This document shows positions 7,675 through 16,090 of a DNA stretch of 42,075 bases, in pieces. Location of the stretch: IMG/VR virus record IMGVR_UViG_3300048855_000209, positions 1 to 42,075 of that record. One strand, 5' to 3'. Numbering within the stretch: the stretch's first letter is position 1; every line of letters starts with the position of its first letter. The notes beneath the pieces are model-generated. The model searched no databases, had not been told where the DNA came from, and was given only the letters and a program-made list of their open reading frames with translations. The position numbers and the translations under genes were made by a program. The stretch comes from a virus (lineage: Duplodnaviria > Caudoviricetes).

Positions 7675-8016
7675 TCAGGTCTTTTCGTGCGCCTTGGGAT
7701 CCGGCCCCTCAGAAGCCGCCAGTGTGGCTGTCATCTCAGCATCCAGTTCCTTCGCGAGACGAGACGGAAGAGCCGACCAATCGCCTAGGAACACGTAGTT
7801 GAAATCCACGCCCTTCGCCCGGGCGAGGCGGTAGACGGCGTACACCCCTGGCGGGTTGTCGCCGGCCATCCAGTTGCGAAGGACGTGCTTGGACACCCCC
7901 ATCAGCGATGCTGCCTCGACGTAGGACAGGCCCAGGAGGTCGATAAGCTTCCGCAGGCGAGCACCAGCAGCAACCTGGAAGTCAGTCTGGGCCAAGACAG
8001 GGACGGCATCGGACAT
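7675..8016 (-). CDS. cI: CI-like XRE HTH phage repressor lacking the S24 autoprotease domain
   Basis: GARLRKLIDLLGLSYVEAASLMGVSKHVLRNWMAGD HTH; only 113 aa; divergent from cro. Confidence 0.85.
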   Translation of the reverse strand: MSDAVPVLAQTDFQVAAGARLRKLIDLLGLSYVEAASLMGVSKHVLRNWMAGDNPPGVYAVYRLARAKGVDFNYVFLGDWSALPSRLAKELDAEMTATLAASEGPDPKAHEKT

Positions 8017-8065
8017 GCCGTATAGCGTGCCTTAACGCCGCGCCCTTGGCGGTGAAGGAAAGTCC

Positions 8066-8094
8066 TTGCGGGAGTAGTGTAGCCAAACTACACT
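8066..8094 (+). promoter_or_regulatory. PR-like promoter (TTGCGG-N17-TACACT) overlapped by operator GTGTAG-ccaaa-CTACAC (8077-8093)
   Basis: Exact 17-bp spacing; same operator as at 6225; cro ATG is 6 nt after the -10. Confidence 0.8.
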
Positions 8095-8100
8095 CCGTGC

Positions 8101-8355
8101 ATGGGCGAGACGATCGACATCGAGGCGCGCCGCAAGGGCGCGAACGCCGCTATCAAGGCGGTTGGTACAATTGCCGGCCTGGCGGACAAGCTTCGCCTGA
8201 CCAAGGGCGCCGTCTGGCAGTGGCGCAGGAACGGCATTCCGGCTGATCGCTTGGCTGAGGTTGCTGCCGCTACCGGAATCCCGGCCGCGGAACTCCGTCC
8301 TGATCTCGCGAAGACCTTCGGTGTCGAGCGCACCCCCGAGCGGACCCCCGCCTGA
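8101..8355 (+). CDS. cro: Cro-like (YdaS-type) HTH regulator
   Basis: AIKAVGTIAGLADKLRLTKGAVWQWRRNGIPADR...ELRPDL. Confidence 0.88.
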   Translation: MGETIDIEARRKGANAAIKAVGTIAGLADKLRLTKGAVWQWRRNGIPADRLAEVAAATGIPAAELRPDLAKTFGVERTPERTPA

Positions 8356-8624
8356 TGTCCCGCATCATCCACCTTCATGGGGCGATGCGGCGCACGGGCG
8401 CGACCCCGCCGCCGGAGATGCCTGAGCCGGAGCGGTCGGCGAACCCGGTTCCGATCTTCCTGTCCTTTGCCATCGTCTGCTGGCTCGGGCTGATCGCGCT
8501 AGTCATCACGCTGGCCGATGGACGCGTCACGCTCAAGACCGCCCTCGTCGTCATCTTCCTCTGGATCTTCGGGCTCCTGGTCACGATCGCCGTCCAGGAG
8601 TGGCGCGCGGGGAGGGGGCGGTAG
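8355..8624 (+). CDS. Small 2-TM membrane protein
   Basis: TGATG coupling to cro; two hydrophobic helices. Confidence 0.65.
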   Translation: MSRIIHLHGAMRRTGATPPPEMPEPERSANPVPIFLSFAIVCWLGLIALVITLADGRVTLKTALVVIFLWIFGLLVTIAVQEWRAGRGR

Positions 8625-9089
8625 ATGCCTGGCCGTCAACGCGCCTGCGACCACGACGCCGTGCTGGCTTTGGCCCGTGAAGGGAAGAGACCGTCCGAGA
8701 TTGCCGAGGCGCTGAACGCCAAATTCGAGACCATCCGCGACATCATCCGGCGCGCCCAGAAGGCCGGTGTGGATCTTGGCCCGCGCCCGCCACGAGGCAG
8801 TCCCCGCGGTCCCGGGGCGAAGGTGTGGACGGCGCCCAGCCGTTCCTCGCTCTATCGCAAGCTTCGCTACGCCGGCGGTCTGCCGCGTGAGGAAGTCCTT
8901 GCTGCTATCGGTGCGGATGTCCGTGCCGCGCAGGTGGGGGAGGGTGCTTGCAACACCCTCCGTCCGAATACCTGCAAGCTGAGTGAACACAAGCTCCATG
9001 ACCTCGAAGATCATGGAGAACCCAAGTGCATCACAGGTCAGATCGCGGCAACGAATTGCCGGATCGCGGAAAGGGATTTCCGCGGATGA
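8625..9089 (+). CDS. N-terminal HTH protein
   Basis: KRPSEIAEALNAKFETIRDIIRRA HTH; adjacent to flanking ORFs. Confidence 0.55.
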   Translation: MPGRQRACDHDAVLALAREGKRPSEIAEALNAKFETIRDIIRRAQKAGVDLGPRPPRGSPRGPGAKVWTAPSRSSLYRKLRYAGGLPREEVLAAIGADVRAAQVGEGACNTLRPNTCKLSEHKLHDLEDHGEPKCITGQIAATNCRIAERDFRG

Positions 9090-9337
9090 CAGCCGCAGCC
9101 ATCACCACCGAGACGCTGACGCGCACCGTCGCGCGTGTCCTGCGCCGCCACTACGGCGATTTCAAGTCGGCCGATAAGCGCGTCGCGCGCCTAGCGGGCG
9201 AAGGTGTCACGCCCAGGGCCGCCAGGAATTGGTTGTCCGGCGAGTGCCCGCCGTCTTCGGCGACGCTGCTCACCCTGATGCGCCAGTGCCCCGAGCTGAG
9301 GGCCGAGATCAACGCCATGCTGGACGGGGATGCATGA
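9086..9337 (+). CDS. HTH regulator, CII-like position
   Basis: KRVARLAGEGVTPRAARNWLSGECPP HTH; ATGA coupling. Confidence 0.65.
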   Translation: MTAAAITTETLTRTVARVLRRHYGDFKSADKRVARLAGEGVTPRAARNWLSGECPPSSATLLTLMRQCPELRAEINAMLDGDA

Positions 9338-9519
9338 CCATCAAAAGGCGCTCCCTGGTGATTGAGACCGGCGACTTCGCTTGGCGCTGGGTGGCTGGCG
9401 AGATCCAGGCGCGCTGCGTCCGCATCTCCTGGGCGCCGGGGTCCGTGCTGGACGAGATGAAGGCTCTGAAGGCTGCGCTGGAAGCGGCGCTGGAGAAGTT
9501 GAGGGGCAAAAGAGAATGA
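9334..9519 (+). CDS. Hypothetical protein
   Basis: ATGA coupling at both ends. Confidence 0.6.
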   Translation: MTIKRRSLVIETGDFAWRWVAGEIQARCVRISWAPGSVLDEMKALKAALEAALEKLRGKRE

Positions 9520-9959
9520 GCGACTTCTTCGCCCTCTCCGACGCCTGGGCTGCCCGCACGGCTGCCCGCGATGCCGCGCCCAAGAAGAAGCGCGGCAACC
9601 CCGAGCGCGAGGCGCAGAGGGCGGTGAAGGCGTGGCTTGAGACGCAGTTCCCGGGCTGCATCGTCGCGGCCGTGGAGAACGAGCGGAAGGCCGAGAGCAA
9701 GGCCCCGCACAGTCGCGCCCGGTACGCGGCCGAGCGCAAGAAATCCGGCATTGTCAGCGGCTTCCCGGACCTGACCGTCTGGCTGCCCGGCGGCCGGGTG
9801 GTGCTGATCGAGATGAAGTCGGCCACGGGCGTGCTCAGCGATGCCCAGAAGGCCCTGCACCCGAAGCTCCGGGCCCTCGGGTTTGTGGTGATCGTCGCCC
9901 GGGACATCGAGACGGCGCGCCTGGGATTCCAGCAGGCGGGGCTTCTGCCGTGGAGCTGA
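9516..9959 (+). CDS. VRR-NUC domain nuclease (putative Holliday junction resolvase)
   Basis: E..AQ..V, GIVSGFPDL, LIEMK, SDAQK PD-(D/E)xK motifs. Confidence 0.88.
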   Translation: MSDFFALSDAWAARTAARDAAPKKKRGNPEREAQRAVKAWLETQFPGCIVAAVENERKAESKAPHSRARYAAERKKSGIVSGFPDLTVWLPGGRVVLIEMKSATGVLSDAQKALHPKLRALGFVVIVARDIETARLGFQQAGLLPWS

Positions 9960-11245
9960 CCCCCGACCAGCAGCGCGCCGCGGCCGAGATCCTTGGGAAC
10001 ACGGCGCCCGAGCTGCACCACCTCCTCACTGGCTACGCCGGCTCGGGCAAGACCACGCTCGTCCAGCACCTGGTGCGCGAGTGGCAGAAGCGCGGGATGT
10101 CGGTCGTGCTGGCCGCCCCGACCAATAAGGCCGTGGGCGTGCTGGCGGAGAAGGCGAAGGCGGCTGGGCTGACGGTCCACTCCTGCACCATCCACCAGCT
10201 TCTCGGCCTGAAGGCGCAGACCGTCGCAGACCGGATCGTTTTCAAGCGGGAGAAGGGCGCCAAGCCCTGCCTGGCCGATGTGGTGGTCGTGGACGAGTGC
10301 TCAATGCTCGGTGCCGAGCTGATGGAGAACATCCGGCGCTACCTACCGCTGTCCTTTGTCCTCTTCGTCGGCGACCCTGCCCAGCTTCCCCCGGTGAACG
10401 AGGAGGCCTCCTCGTCCTTCAGCGTGACGCCGCGCTCCCATCTCGAGACGGTGGTCCGGCAGGCCGCGGGCAACCCTATCCTGGAGGTGGCCCGGGCCAT
10501 CAGGGAGAGCCAGGGCAAGGACCTCGACTGGTCGTGGTGCAAGTCGGCCAAGGCCGGCTCGCTTGGCGTCTTCCTCCCCTCTGACCCGGGCGAGTGGATG
10601 CGGCGCGGCTTCACCTCCGAGACCTTCGACAAGGACACGGACACCTTTCGCTATCTGGCCTGGACCAACAAGCGGGTGGCGCAGGTCAACCAGCGTATCC
10701 GCGACTGGCGGTATGGCGAGCGGGCCCGTCTTGTGCCCTTCGTCCCGGGCGAGTTCGCGCTGCTGCGGGCCCCGGTGATCCGGGGCAAGACCACGATCTT
10801 CTGCACCAATGATGAGGCCGAGGTCACCGGCATCGCCCGGGACACGTTTATCTTCAGCGTCCCCTCGGTCGGAGACCTGGACGGCTGGAAGATCGCCATT
10901 CCTTCCTGGCGCGTCACCCTGGAGGCACCGGACGGCACGCGGCACGACGTGCATATGCCCGACGGCGATGGCCCGGTGACCCGAGCTGACGACCGGTTGA
11001 GGCAGGAGGCGGCGATCGTGCGGGAGCGCTGGCAGCACCGCTTCGCCTTCAAGCAGGAGCTGGCCAGCCTCCAGGCGATCTACGCCATGACGGTTCACAC
11101 CTCTCAGGGCAGCACCTTCCGGAATGCCTTCATCGACATCGGCGACATGCGACACCGGGCGGCCAGCAACCCGCTTGAGTTCCAGCAGATGCTCTATGTG
11201 GCGGCGACCCGCCCGAGCCACACGCTCATCCTGGTGGGTGCCTGA
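9950..11245 (+). CDS. Dda/RecD-like SF1B DNA helicase
   Basis: GYAGSGKTT, APTNKA, TIHQLL, DECSM, GDPAQLPPV, YAMTVHTSQGST and LYVAATR motifs. Confidence 0.93.
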   Translation: MELTPDQQRAAAEILGNTAPELHHLLTGYAGSGKTTLVQHLVREWQKRGMSVVLAAPTNKAVGVLAEKAKAAGLTVHSCTIHQLLGLKAQTVADRIVFKREKGAKPCLADVVVVDECSMLGAELMENIRRYLPLSFVLFVGDPAQLPPVNEEASSSFSVTPRSHLETVVRQAAGNPILEVARAIRESQGKDLDWSWCKSAKAGSLGVFLPSDPGEWMRRGFTSETFDKDTDTFRYLAWTNKRVAQVNQRIRDWRYGERARLVPFVPGEFALLRAPVIRGKTTIFCTNDEAEVTGIARDTFIFSVPSVGDLDGWKIAIPSWRVTLEAPDGTRHDVHMPDGDGPVTRADDRLRQEAAIVRERWQHRFAFKQELASLQAIYAMTVHTSQGSTFRNAFIDIGDMRHRAASNPLEFQQMLYVAATRPSHTLILVGA

Positions 11246-11655
11246 TGGGCAGCCTGATCTCCATCCCTCCCTCCCAGCGAGCCCGGGCCGAGCGGCTGAA
11301 GGTGCGGCTCAACGCCTGGCCGCTCGGCGCCCGTCCCGGGGAAAGCGCGGCGTTCTGCGCCGAGGTCGCCCCGCTCTGCCTGCCGCGCATGTTCGAGGCG
11401 GTGGAGCTGGCCTTCCAGTTTGATGACGGCGAGACCGTCTACCAGCTCTCCACCTGGGAGCCGCTGTTCAACGTGGTCCGGCTCAACAACCGCTCCTGGA
11501 AGTGGGTGGTGAGCGGCGGATCGGCCGAGGGGCGCGGGCTCGTCTCCCTCTGGGCCTGGCGCTTCGACGTCGGCTGCACGACCGCACACATGGAACTGAT
11601 GGTGCTGGCGAACCAACGTGAGCAGGCGCCGAAGCGCCGCGGGAAGGCGTCATGA
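11245..11655 (+). CDS. Hypothetical protein in the replication module
   Basis: TGATG and ATGA couplings to the helicase and VapE. Confidence 0.6.
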   Translation: MGSLISIPPSQRARAERLKVRLNAWPLGARPGESAAFCAEVAPLCLPRMFEAVELAFQFDDGETVYQLSTWEPLFNVVRLNNRSWKWVVSGGSAEGRGLVSLWAWRFDVGCTTAHMELMVLANQREQAPKRRGKAS

Positions 11656-12953
11656 CGGTGGACCCGATCCTCAACGGCTTCCACGACCACGCCAAGGCCG
11701 AGAAGAAGGCGCGCCGGGCCGAGTTGAAGTCGGACGCCATCCTCGGCCGCATGGATCTGGATGGGAATGACAAGCCCATCCCGTCGCTGGCCAATGCGAT
11801 GCTCATCATGGCGCTTGACCCGGCACTCGCCGGCATCAGCGGGTATGATGAGTTCCGGGGCCAGTCCTACCTCATGTCGCCCCCGCCTCCGGCCAACCCT
11901 GGCGACAAGGCCGCGCCCGGGCCGTATCCGCGCGCCTGGACCCGGGCCGACGTGGCGAACGTCACGGCCTACATCCAGCGCACCTACTGCCCTCGCTTGC
12001 GCCGCGAGACCGTCGAGGATGCGATGGAGGCGGATGCCGAGCGGAACCGCTTCCATCCGGTCCGGGAGTATCTGGACGGGCTGGAGTGGGACGGGACGCC
12101 TCGCCTGGATGACTGGCTGGGGCATGCCTTCGGGGCGGAGTTGAATCCCTATACCCGCGCCGTCGGCGCCAAGATGCTCATTGCGGCCGTCCGCCGCGTG
12201 CGCAAACCCGGCGTGAAGTTCGACCATGTGCCGGTCGCGCAGGGAGGGCAGGGGCTCGGCAAGTCCACCACCTTCTCGGCACTCTGCGGTCAGGACTGGT
12301 TCAGCGACGATCTGCCGGACGACCTGTCCGACAAGGACGCCGCCATGGCTCTCCGCGGCGTCTGGGTATTGGAGATGGCCGAGCTGACGCAGCTCCTGGC
12401 CAGCGAAGCCGAGGCGGTGAAGTCGTTCATCACCAGGCCCGTGGACCGCTATCGCCCGCCCTATGGCCGACAGGTCATCGAGGTGCCGCGGCAAGGCATT
12501 CTCGTCGGCACCACCAATGCGGAAGAGTGGCTGCGCGACGCGACCGGCAACCGACGCTTCTGGCCGTTCGACTGCACGAAGGCCGACGCCGCCTGGGTGC
12601 GCGAGAACCGCGACCAGCTCTGGGCAGAAGCTGCCGTGCGCGAGGCGCGAGGCGAGGCGCATTGGCTGGATGAGCAGGATGCGCGCGACGAGGCGCAGGC
12701 ATCACAGCGCGAGCGCATGGTGCAGGACCCGTGGTTCGACACGGTGAAGCGGTACGTGGACGGCGGCAACGACGAGCAGATCGGAATTGGCCTGAGCAAG
12801 GTGACCGCACCGCAGATCCTGACCTACGCCATTGAAATGCCGAGGCCGCAACAGGACCGCAAGGCGCAGATGCGAGTCACCAACATCCTGCTCCAGATGG
12901 GCTGGAAGAAGGTGCGCGACGCCAAGGGCCGATGGTGGGAGCGCACAGGATGA
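11652..12953 (+). CDS. VapE/VirE-family P-loop ATPase (SF3-like replicative helicase)
   Basis: FHPVREYL..LEWDGTPRLD, GGQGLGKST, LEMAEL, YRPPYG and GTTN...LRDATGNRRFWP. Confidence 0.92.
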   Translation: MTVDPILNGFHDHAKAEKKARRAELKSDAILGRMDLDGNDKPIPSLANAMLIMALDPALAGISGYDEFRGQSYLMSPPPPANPGDKAAPGPYPRAWTRADVANVTAYIQRTYCPRLRRETVEDAMEADAERNRFHPVREYLDGLEWDGTPRLDDWLGHAFGAELNPYTRAVGAKMLIAAVRRVRKPGVKFDHVPVAQGGQGLGKSTTFSALCGQDWFSDDLPDDLSDKDAAMALRGVWVLEMAELTQLLASEAEAVKSFITRPVDRYRPPYGRQVIEVPRQGILVGTTNAEEWLRDATGNRRFWPFDCTKADAAWVRENRDQLWAEAAVREARGEAHWLDEQDARDEAQASQRERMVQDPWFDTVKRYVDGGNDEQIGIGLSKVTAPQILTYAIEMPRPQQDRKAQMRVTNILLQMGWKKVRDAKGRWWERTG

Positions 12954-13176
12954 CAACCTGTGACAACCCCATGACTACCTCCGATGACTACCTCAACCCA
13001 TTGATGGGAAAGGGAATGACTACCATGACAACCGAAGTCGTCCCTCCAAACCCCCCAATCCGCATTGGTAGTAAGTTCAAAATAGGTAGTCATGGTAGTC
13101 ATGGTAGTCATAAGCCCTATGGTATAAGGGTTTTCGCGATGACTACCTCCCGTGACTACCTCGGGATGGGTTGTCA
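12951..13176. repeat. Iteron array TGAC(T/A)ACC, 12 copies in both orientations; putative replication origin
   Basis: Forward copies at 12951, 12961, 12972, 12985, 13017, 13026, 13140, 13153; reverse copies at 13085, 13094, 13103, 13169; AT-rich centre. Confidence 0.8.
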
Positions 13177-13179
13177 TTG

Positions 13180-13419
13180 ATGCCCCGCCCGCCCTGGAAG
13201 TCCCCGAGGCAGGAGAAGCCGCGCGCGGCTGGGCTGGATCCGAACCGCGTGAACCGTTGCGCCGACCTGCTGGCGCAGGGCGCGACCGTGGAGCAGCGCG
13301 ACGGCGACGTGGTCTGGCTGCACCTGGGCGGCAGGAACGTCATGCACACCACCCGGCGCACGCTCAAGGCGGCGCAGGAGATGCGTCAGGCCGAGCTGGT
13401 GGAGATGCCCCATGGCTGA
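13180..13419 (+). CDS. Hypothetical protein
   Basis: Fits the operon; overlaps the next ORF. Confidence 0.55.
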   Translation: MPRPPWKSPRQEKPRAAGLDPNRVNRCADLLAQGATVEQRDGDVVWLHLGGRNVMHTTRRTLKAAQEMRQAELVEMPHG

Positions 13420-13627
13420 CCCCGCAGAGTTCGGCCGTCGCGTGGCCGACCAGGAAGCCGCCTACGCCCTCGATCGCCTGCTGCTGGAGATGGACATCTC
13501 CGCACGCGCCCACGCGGCCGCTGGCGTGCCTCTGGCGAAGGACGACGCGGACTTCCTGGCTGCCAAGCGCGCCCGCCTCCAGGCCATGCGCGACCGGCTG
13601 GGTGGGAAGGGGGAGGGGAGGCTGTGA
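13412..13627 (+). CDS. Hypothetical protein
   Basis: GGAG RBS; overlapping chain. Confidence 0.6.
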   Translation: MADPAEFGRRVADQEAAYALDRLLLEMDISARAHAAAGVPLAKDDADFLAAKRARLQAMRDRLGGKGEGRL

Positions 13628-14169
13628 ACGTGGACGCGATCGTAGCTATTGCCATGGCGGACGAACCGGATGCCTCGCGTCGGGAGCGGGACGCGGTAAG
13701 GCGAGCTGTCGAGGCGCTGCAGGATGCCGGCTTTGTTCTGGAACCTCACAGCCAGGCAGTCGTGCTGCGTGATGCGGGGCAGGCCATGCTGGCTGACCTA
13801 CCGGCGCCGCGCCTGCAACTGCGCTGGGAGGACGATGGAGCGACCTGCCATTACGAGCTGATCTTGCCGCTGCGCCAGCACGACATTCGTCGAGATCAGG
13901 CGTCGAGCGGGTTCCTGGCTATCCCGATGGGCCGAACACGGAGGACGGGTGGCAGCGACACCCTGTGGGAGCCATCGTGGCGCCGCGACCCCATAACCGG
14001 CGCCGCCTATCAAGGCCCGCATGAGGTCCGGCGCCCCTTCCGCGACGGAACGCACATCACCTGGGACGCTGAGCGTCTGGGAATGCCCGCCTTCGTGGTC
14101 TGGCGCGAGCACGTCACGCAGATTGAGCCCACCACCCCCGAACGCGGCGCGGGCGAGGGAAGGGAGTGA
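13624..14169 (+). CDS. Hypothetical phage protein
   Basis: GTGA coupling with strong RBS. Confidence 0.6.
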   Translation: MNVDAIVAIAMADEPDASRRERDAVRRAVEALQDAGFVLEPHSQAVVLRDAGQAMLADLPAPRLQLRWEDDGATCHYELILPLRQHDIRRDQASSGFLAIPMGRTRRTGGSDTLWEPSWRRDPITGAAYQGPHEVRRPFRDGTHITWDAERLGMPAFVVWREHVTQIEPTTPERGAGEGRE

Positions 14170-14312
14170 TGACCATTCGGCTTGTGGACCTGCCGTACTT
14201 CCGTGCCGACCAGTGGCTCACCCGGCAGCGGATCTTGATCCCGTTCCTTCAGCTTCATCGCATGGTCCGGAGCGTCGCGAACGACAATCGGCGGGAGGAC
14301 CCCCGCCCATGA
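14169..14312 (+). CDS. 47-aa hypothetical (MTIRLVDLPYFRADQW...ANDNRREDPRP), not in ORF track
   Basis: Own translation; coupled at both ends. Confidence 0.5.
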   Translation: MTIRLVDLPYFRADQWLTRQRILIPFLQLHRMVRSVANDNRREDPRP

Positions 14313-14464
14313 CCCCGCCCATCGACCGCTGGGCCCTGCGCCTCAGCCGCGAGCGATGCCAGCTCCGCGACACCATCCGCGTCGCCCTGCGGATCAACCT
14401 CACCACGGGGGAAGCCGAGCGGATGGAAGGGCACAGGGCGAATGATGACGGGGAGGGGGTGTGA
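14309..14464 (+). CDS. 51-aa hypothetical (MTPPIDRWALRL...)
   Basis: ATGA start with GGAGG RBS; GTGA overlap with the next gene. Confidence 0.5.
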   Translation: MTPPIDRWALRLSRERCQLRDTIRVALRINLTTGEAERMEGHRANDDGEGV

Positions 14465-15198
14465 TGGACCAGATCGAGCGTTGCGGGCCGGAAGTTATGA
14501 CGAGCGTTGACGTGGCTGATGCCGTGTTCATCCGGGCGCGCATCGCGGGGGGGCACGCCTTCCGGATTAGCAGGGAGCGCGCCCGGGCCGAGGGCATCGC
14601 CGTCCCCGACCCGCATCCGGACGCGAAGGACCCGAGGGACAAGGGCGCGGACATGGGCCCGGCCCACCAGCACCGGCGCCAGCGGCTGGAAGAGACCTAC
14701 GCCGTGGATCCGTCCCAGCCTGACGGCCCCCGCATCCGGCGGGCCCGGACCCGGGATCCGCTACGGCGAATGGTGAAGGTCAACGCCATCGAGTACCGGC
14801 TGTATGTGGCGGCCGATCAGTTCCGGGAGGACCTGCATCGGGCAGTCGGGGGGAGGGACATGGGGGAGGCACTGGCTCGCGCCCTGTCGCGGGCGGCCAC
14901 GGAGACACCGGCTCCGCCTCCGTCGCCCTGGCAGCGCAGCAATCACATGGCTCCCGGGCAATGGGCGGCGCAGCGGCGGATCCAGCGCGCCTGGCGGGAG
15001 GTTATTGGGCTGGTGGCGGCCGGCGTCTTCCACTGGGTGGTGATTAGCTGCGGGACGCTACGGGACTACGCGGGCTGCAAGGGCATACCCCGGCCCGATG
15101 CGACGAAGACCCTGAAGGACGCGCTATCCCGGCTCGCCGACTTCTACGCGATCGGCGAGGTGCAGCCCCCTCCTGGCTGGCTTGAAGAAGCTGCTTGA
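14461..15198 (+). CDS. Putative late-gene regulator (Q position, DUF6456-like, C-terminal HTH)
   Basis: Last gene of the early-right operon; AADQFREDLHRA...TLRDYA...LKDALSRLADFY; followed by a promoter and hairpin. Confidence 0.6.
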   Translation: MMDQIERCGPEVMTSVDVADAVFIRARIAGGHAFRISRERARAEGIAVPDPHPDAKDPRDKGADMGPAHQHRRQRLEETYAVDPSQPDGPRIRRARTRDPLRRMVKVNAIEYRLYVAADQFREDLHRAVGGRDMGEALARALSRAATETPAPPPSPWQRSNHMAPGQWAAQRRIQRAWREVIGLVAAGVFHWVVISCGTLRDYAGCKGIPRPDATKTLKDALSRLADFYAIGEVQPPPGWLEEAA

Positions 15199-15286
15199 CG
15201 CGCAAACCCAATCTGGGCAGAAATTGTCACGCTTCTCCGAAGCTGCGCCCCGGGGTCCATTGGACTGCCGGGGCGCTTCGTTTCGG
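15195..15286 (+). promoter_or_regulatory. PR'-like late promoter (TTGACG at 15195) followed by a tR'-like hairpin
   Basis: TTGACG-N17-CAGAAA; GCGCCCCGG...CCGGGGCGC stem (about 15245-15276) followed by TTCGTTT. Confidence 0.5.
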
Positions 15287-15370
15287 GGATTTGTCAGCAC
15301 GGATGCGGATAGCATCCGCTAACCGTTGCTGGTAGTTGGCGTTAACGCGTCACACGTAGCCTGGTGTCCC

Positions 15371-15571
15371 ATGTCTGACCCAGCAATCAGCACCTATCAC
15401 GCTGCACATGAGCCCTCGGAGGTTCGTGTTCTCAAGATGGGTCGTGGGAAGGCCTCATGGCACTGGATCGTTCAACGCGGCAGTAGAGTGCTGGCGCAGT
15501 CTGTCCATGGTTATAGGGGGGCAGAAGAGGCCTTCGAGGCCGGGCGTAAGGTTATGCAGCAGAAGAAGTGA
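15371..15571 (+). CDS. Small basic protein A (WHW...GYRGAEEAFEAGRK; loosely YegP/DUF1508-like)
   Basis: ORF has an interrupted paralog at 16091-16312. Confidence 0.65.
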   Translation: MSDPAISTYHAAHEPSEVRVLKMGRGKASWHWIVQRGSRVLAQSVHGYRGAEEAFEAGRKVMQQKK

Positions 15572-15599
15572 AGCCTTCGCTGTCACAAATATTCTCTAA

Positions 15600-15629
15600 G
15601 CGCCCGGAGCCGGCTTACGGCCCGGGCGC
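15600..15629. terminator. Hairpin between convergent genes
   Basis: GCGCCCGG-a-GCCG gctta CGGC-CCGGGCGC. Confidence 0.45.
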
Positions 15630-15681
15630 CGCGCGCTTCAGGCCCCTGCAACATCGATGGGGACAGGCTTGTAGGCGCGAT

Positions 15682-15936
15682 TTACTCGCCTCGGTGGATT
15701 GGCAGTTTGCCAGTATCTAACCAAAGGTCGATTGCCCTCACGGCTGCACCCAGATGGGTCAGGCCGCCCCATGCTGCCTGTGGGGAGCCGCTGTGACTGG
15801 TCAGGCTCACGACGAAGTTCGTGCCAGCGCCATTAGAATGGATGGTGGCGCCCCGGTATTCGTAGATGGGGCCGGACGTGCCAGATGCAGGGGTAATCAG
15901 GCGAGGCTGGGGCCTCGACGGGGAGTTGGTAGGCAT
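15682..15936 (-). CDS. Hypothetical protein B1 (YEYRGA...WLDTGKLP family)
   Basis: Clear paralog of 16327-16584; GGAG RBS. Confidence 0.75.
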   Translation of the reverse strand: MPTNSPSRPQPRLITPASGTSGPIYEYRGATIHSNGAGTNFVVSLTSHSGSPQAAWGGLTHLGAAVRAIDLWLDTGKLPIHRGE

Positions 15937-16090
15937 CGCTGCTCCAGAAGGGGCTGAAGCGAGTGGTTTCTGCTTCGAGCGGCCCGCAGGTGGTGTGTGC
16001 TAATGGCCGTTGCTGGGCGACAACAAGATATTTTGGCCATAGGTGTGGCGGGCTGCCACATTCGCGCCTCCGCCTTAGAGGGCCGGGGTT

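Noticed and set aside
8355-8624. 2-TM protein considered as a holin
   Set aside because: It lies in the early operon directly after cro, with no endolysin nearby
12951-13176. Repeat array considered as CRISPR
   Set aside because: 8-bp units in both orientations, no regular spacers and no cas genes
12824-13180. ORFs 12824-13177 (-) and 12932-13180 (+) with MTT/GSH repeats
   Set aside because: These are translations of the iteron array; a cis-acting origin explains them better
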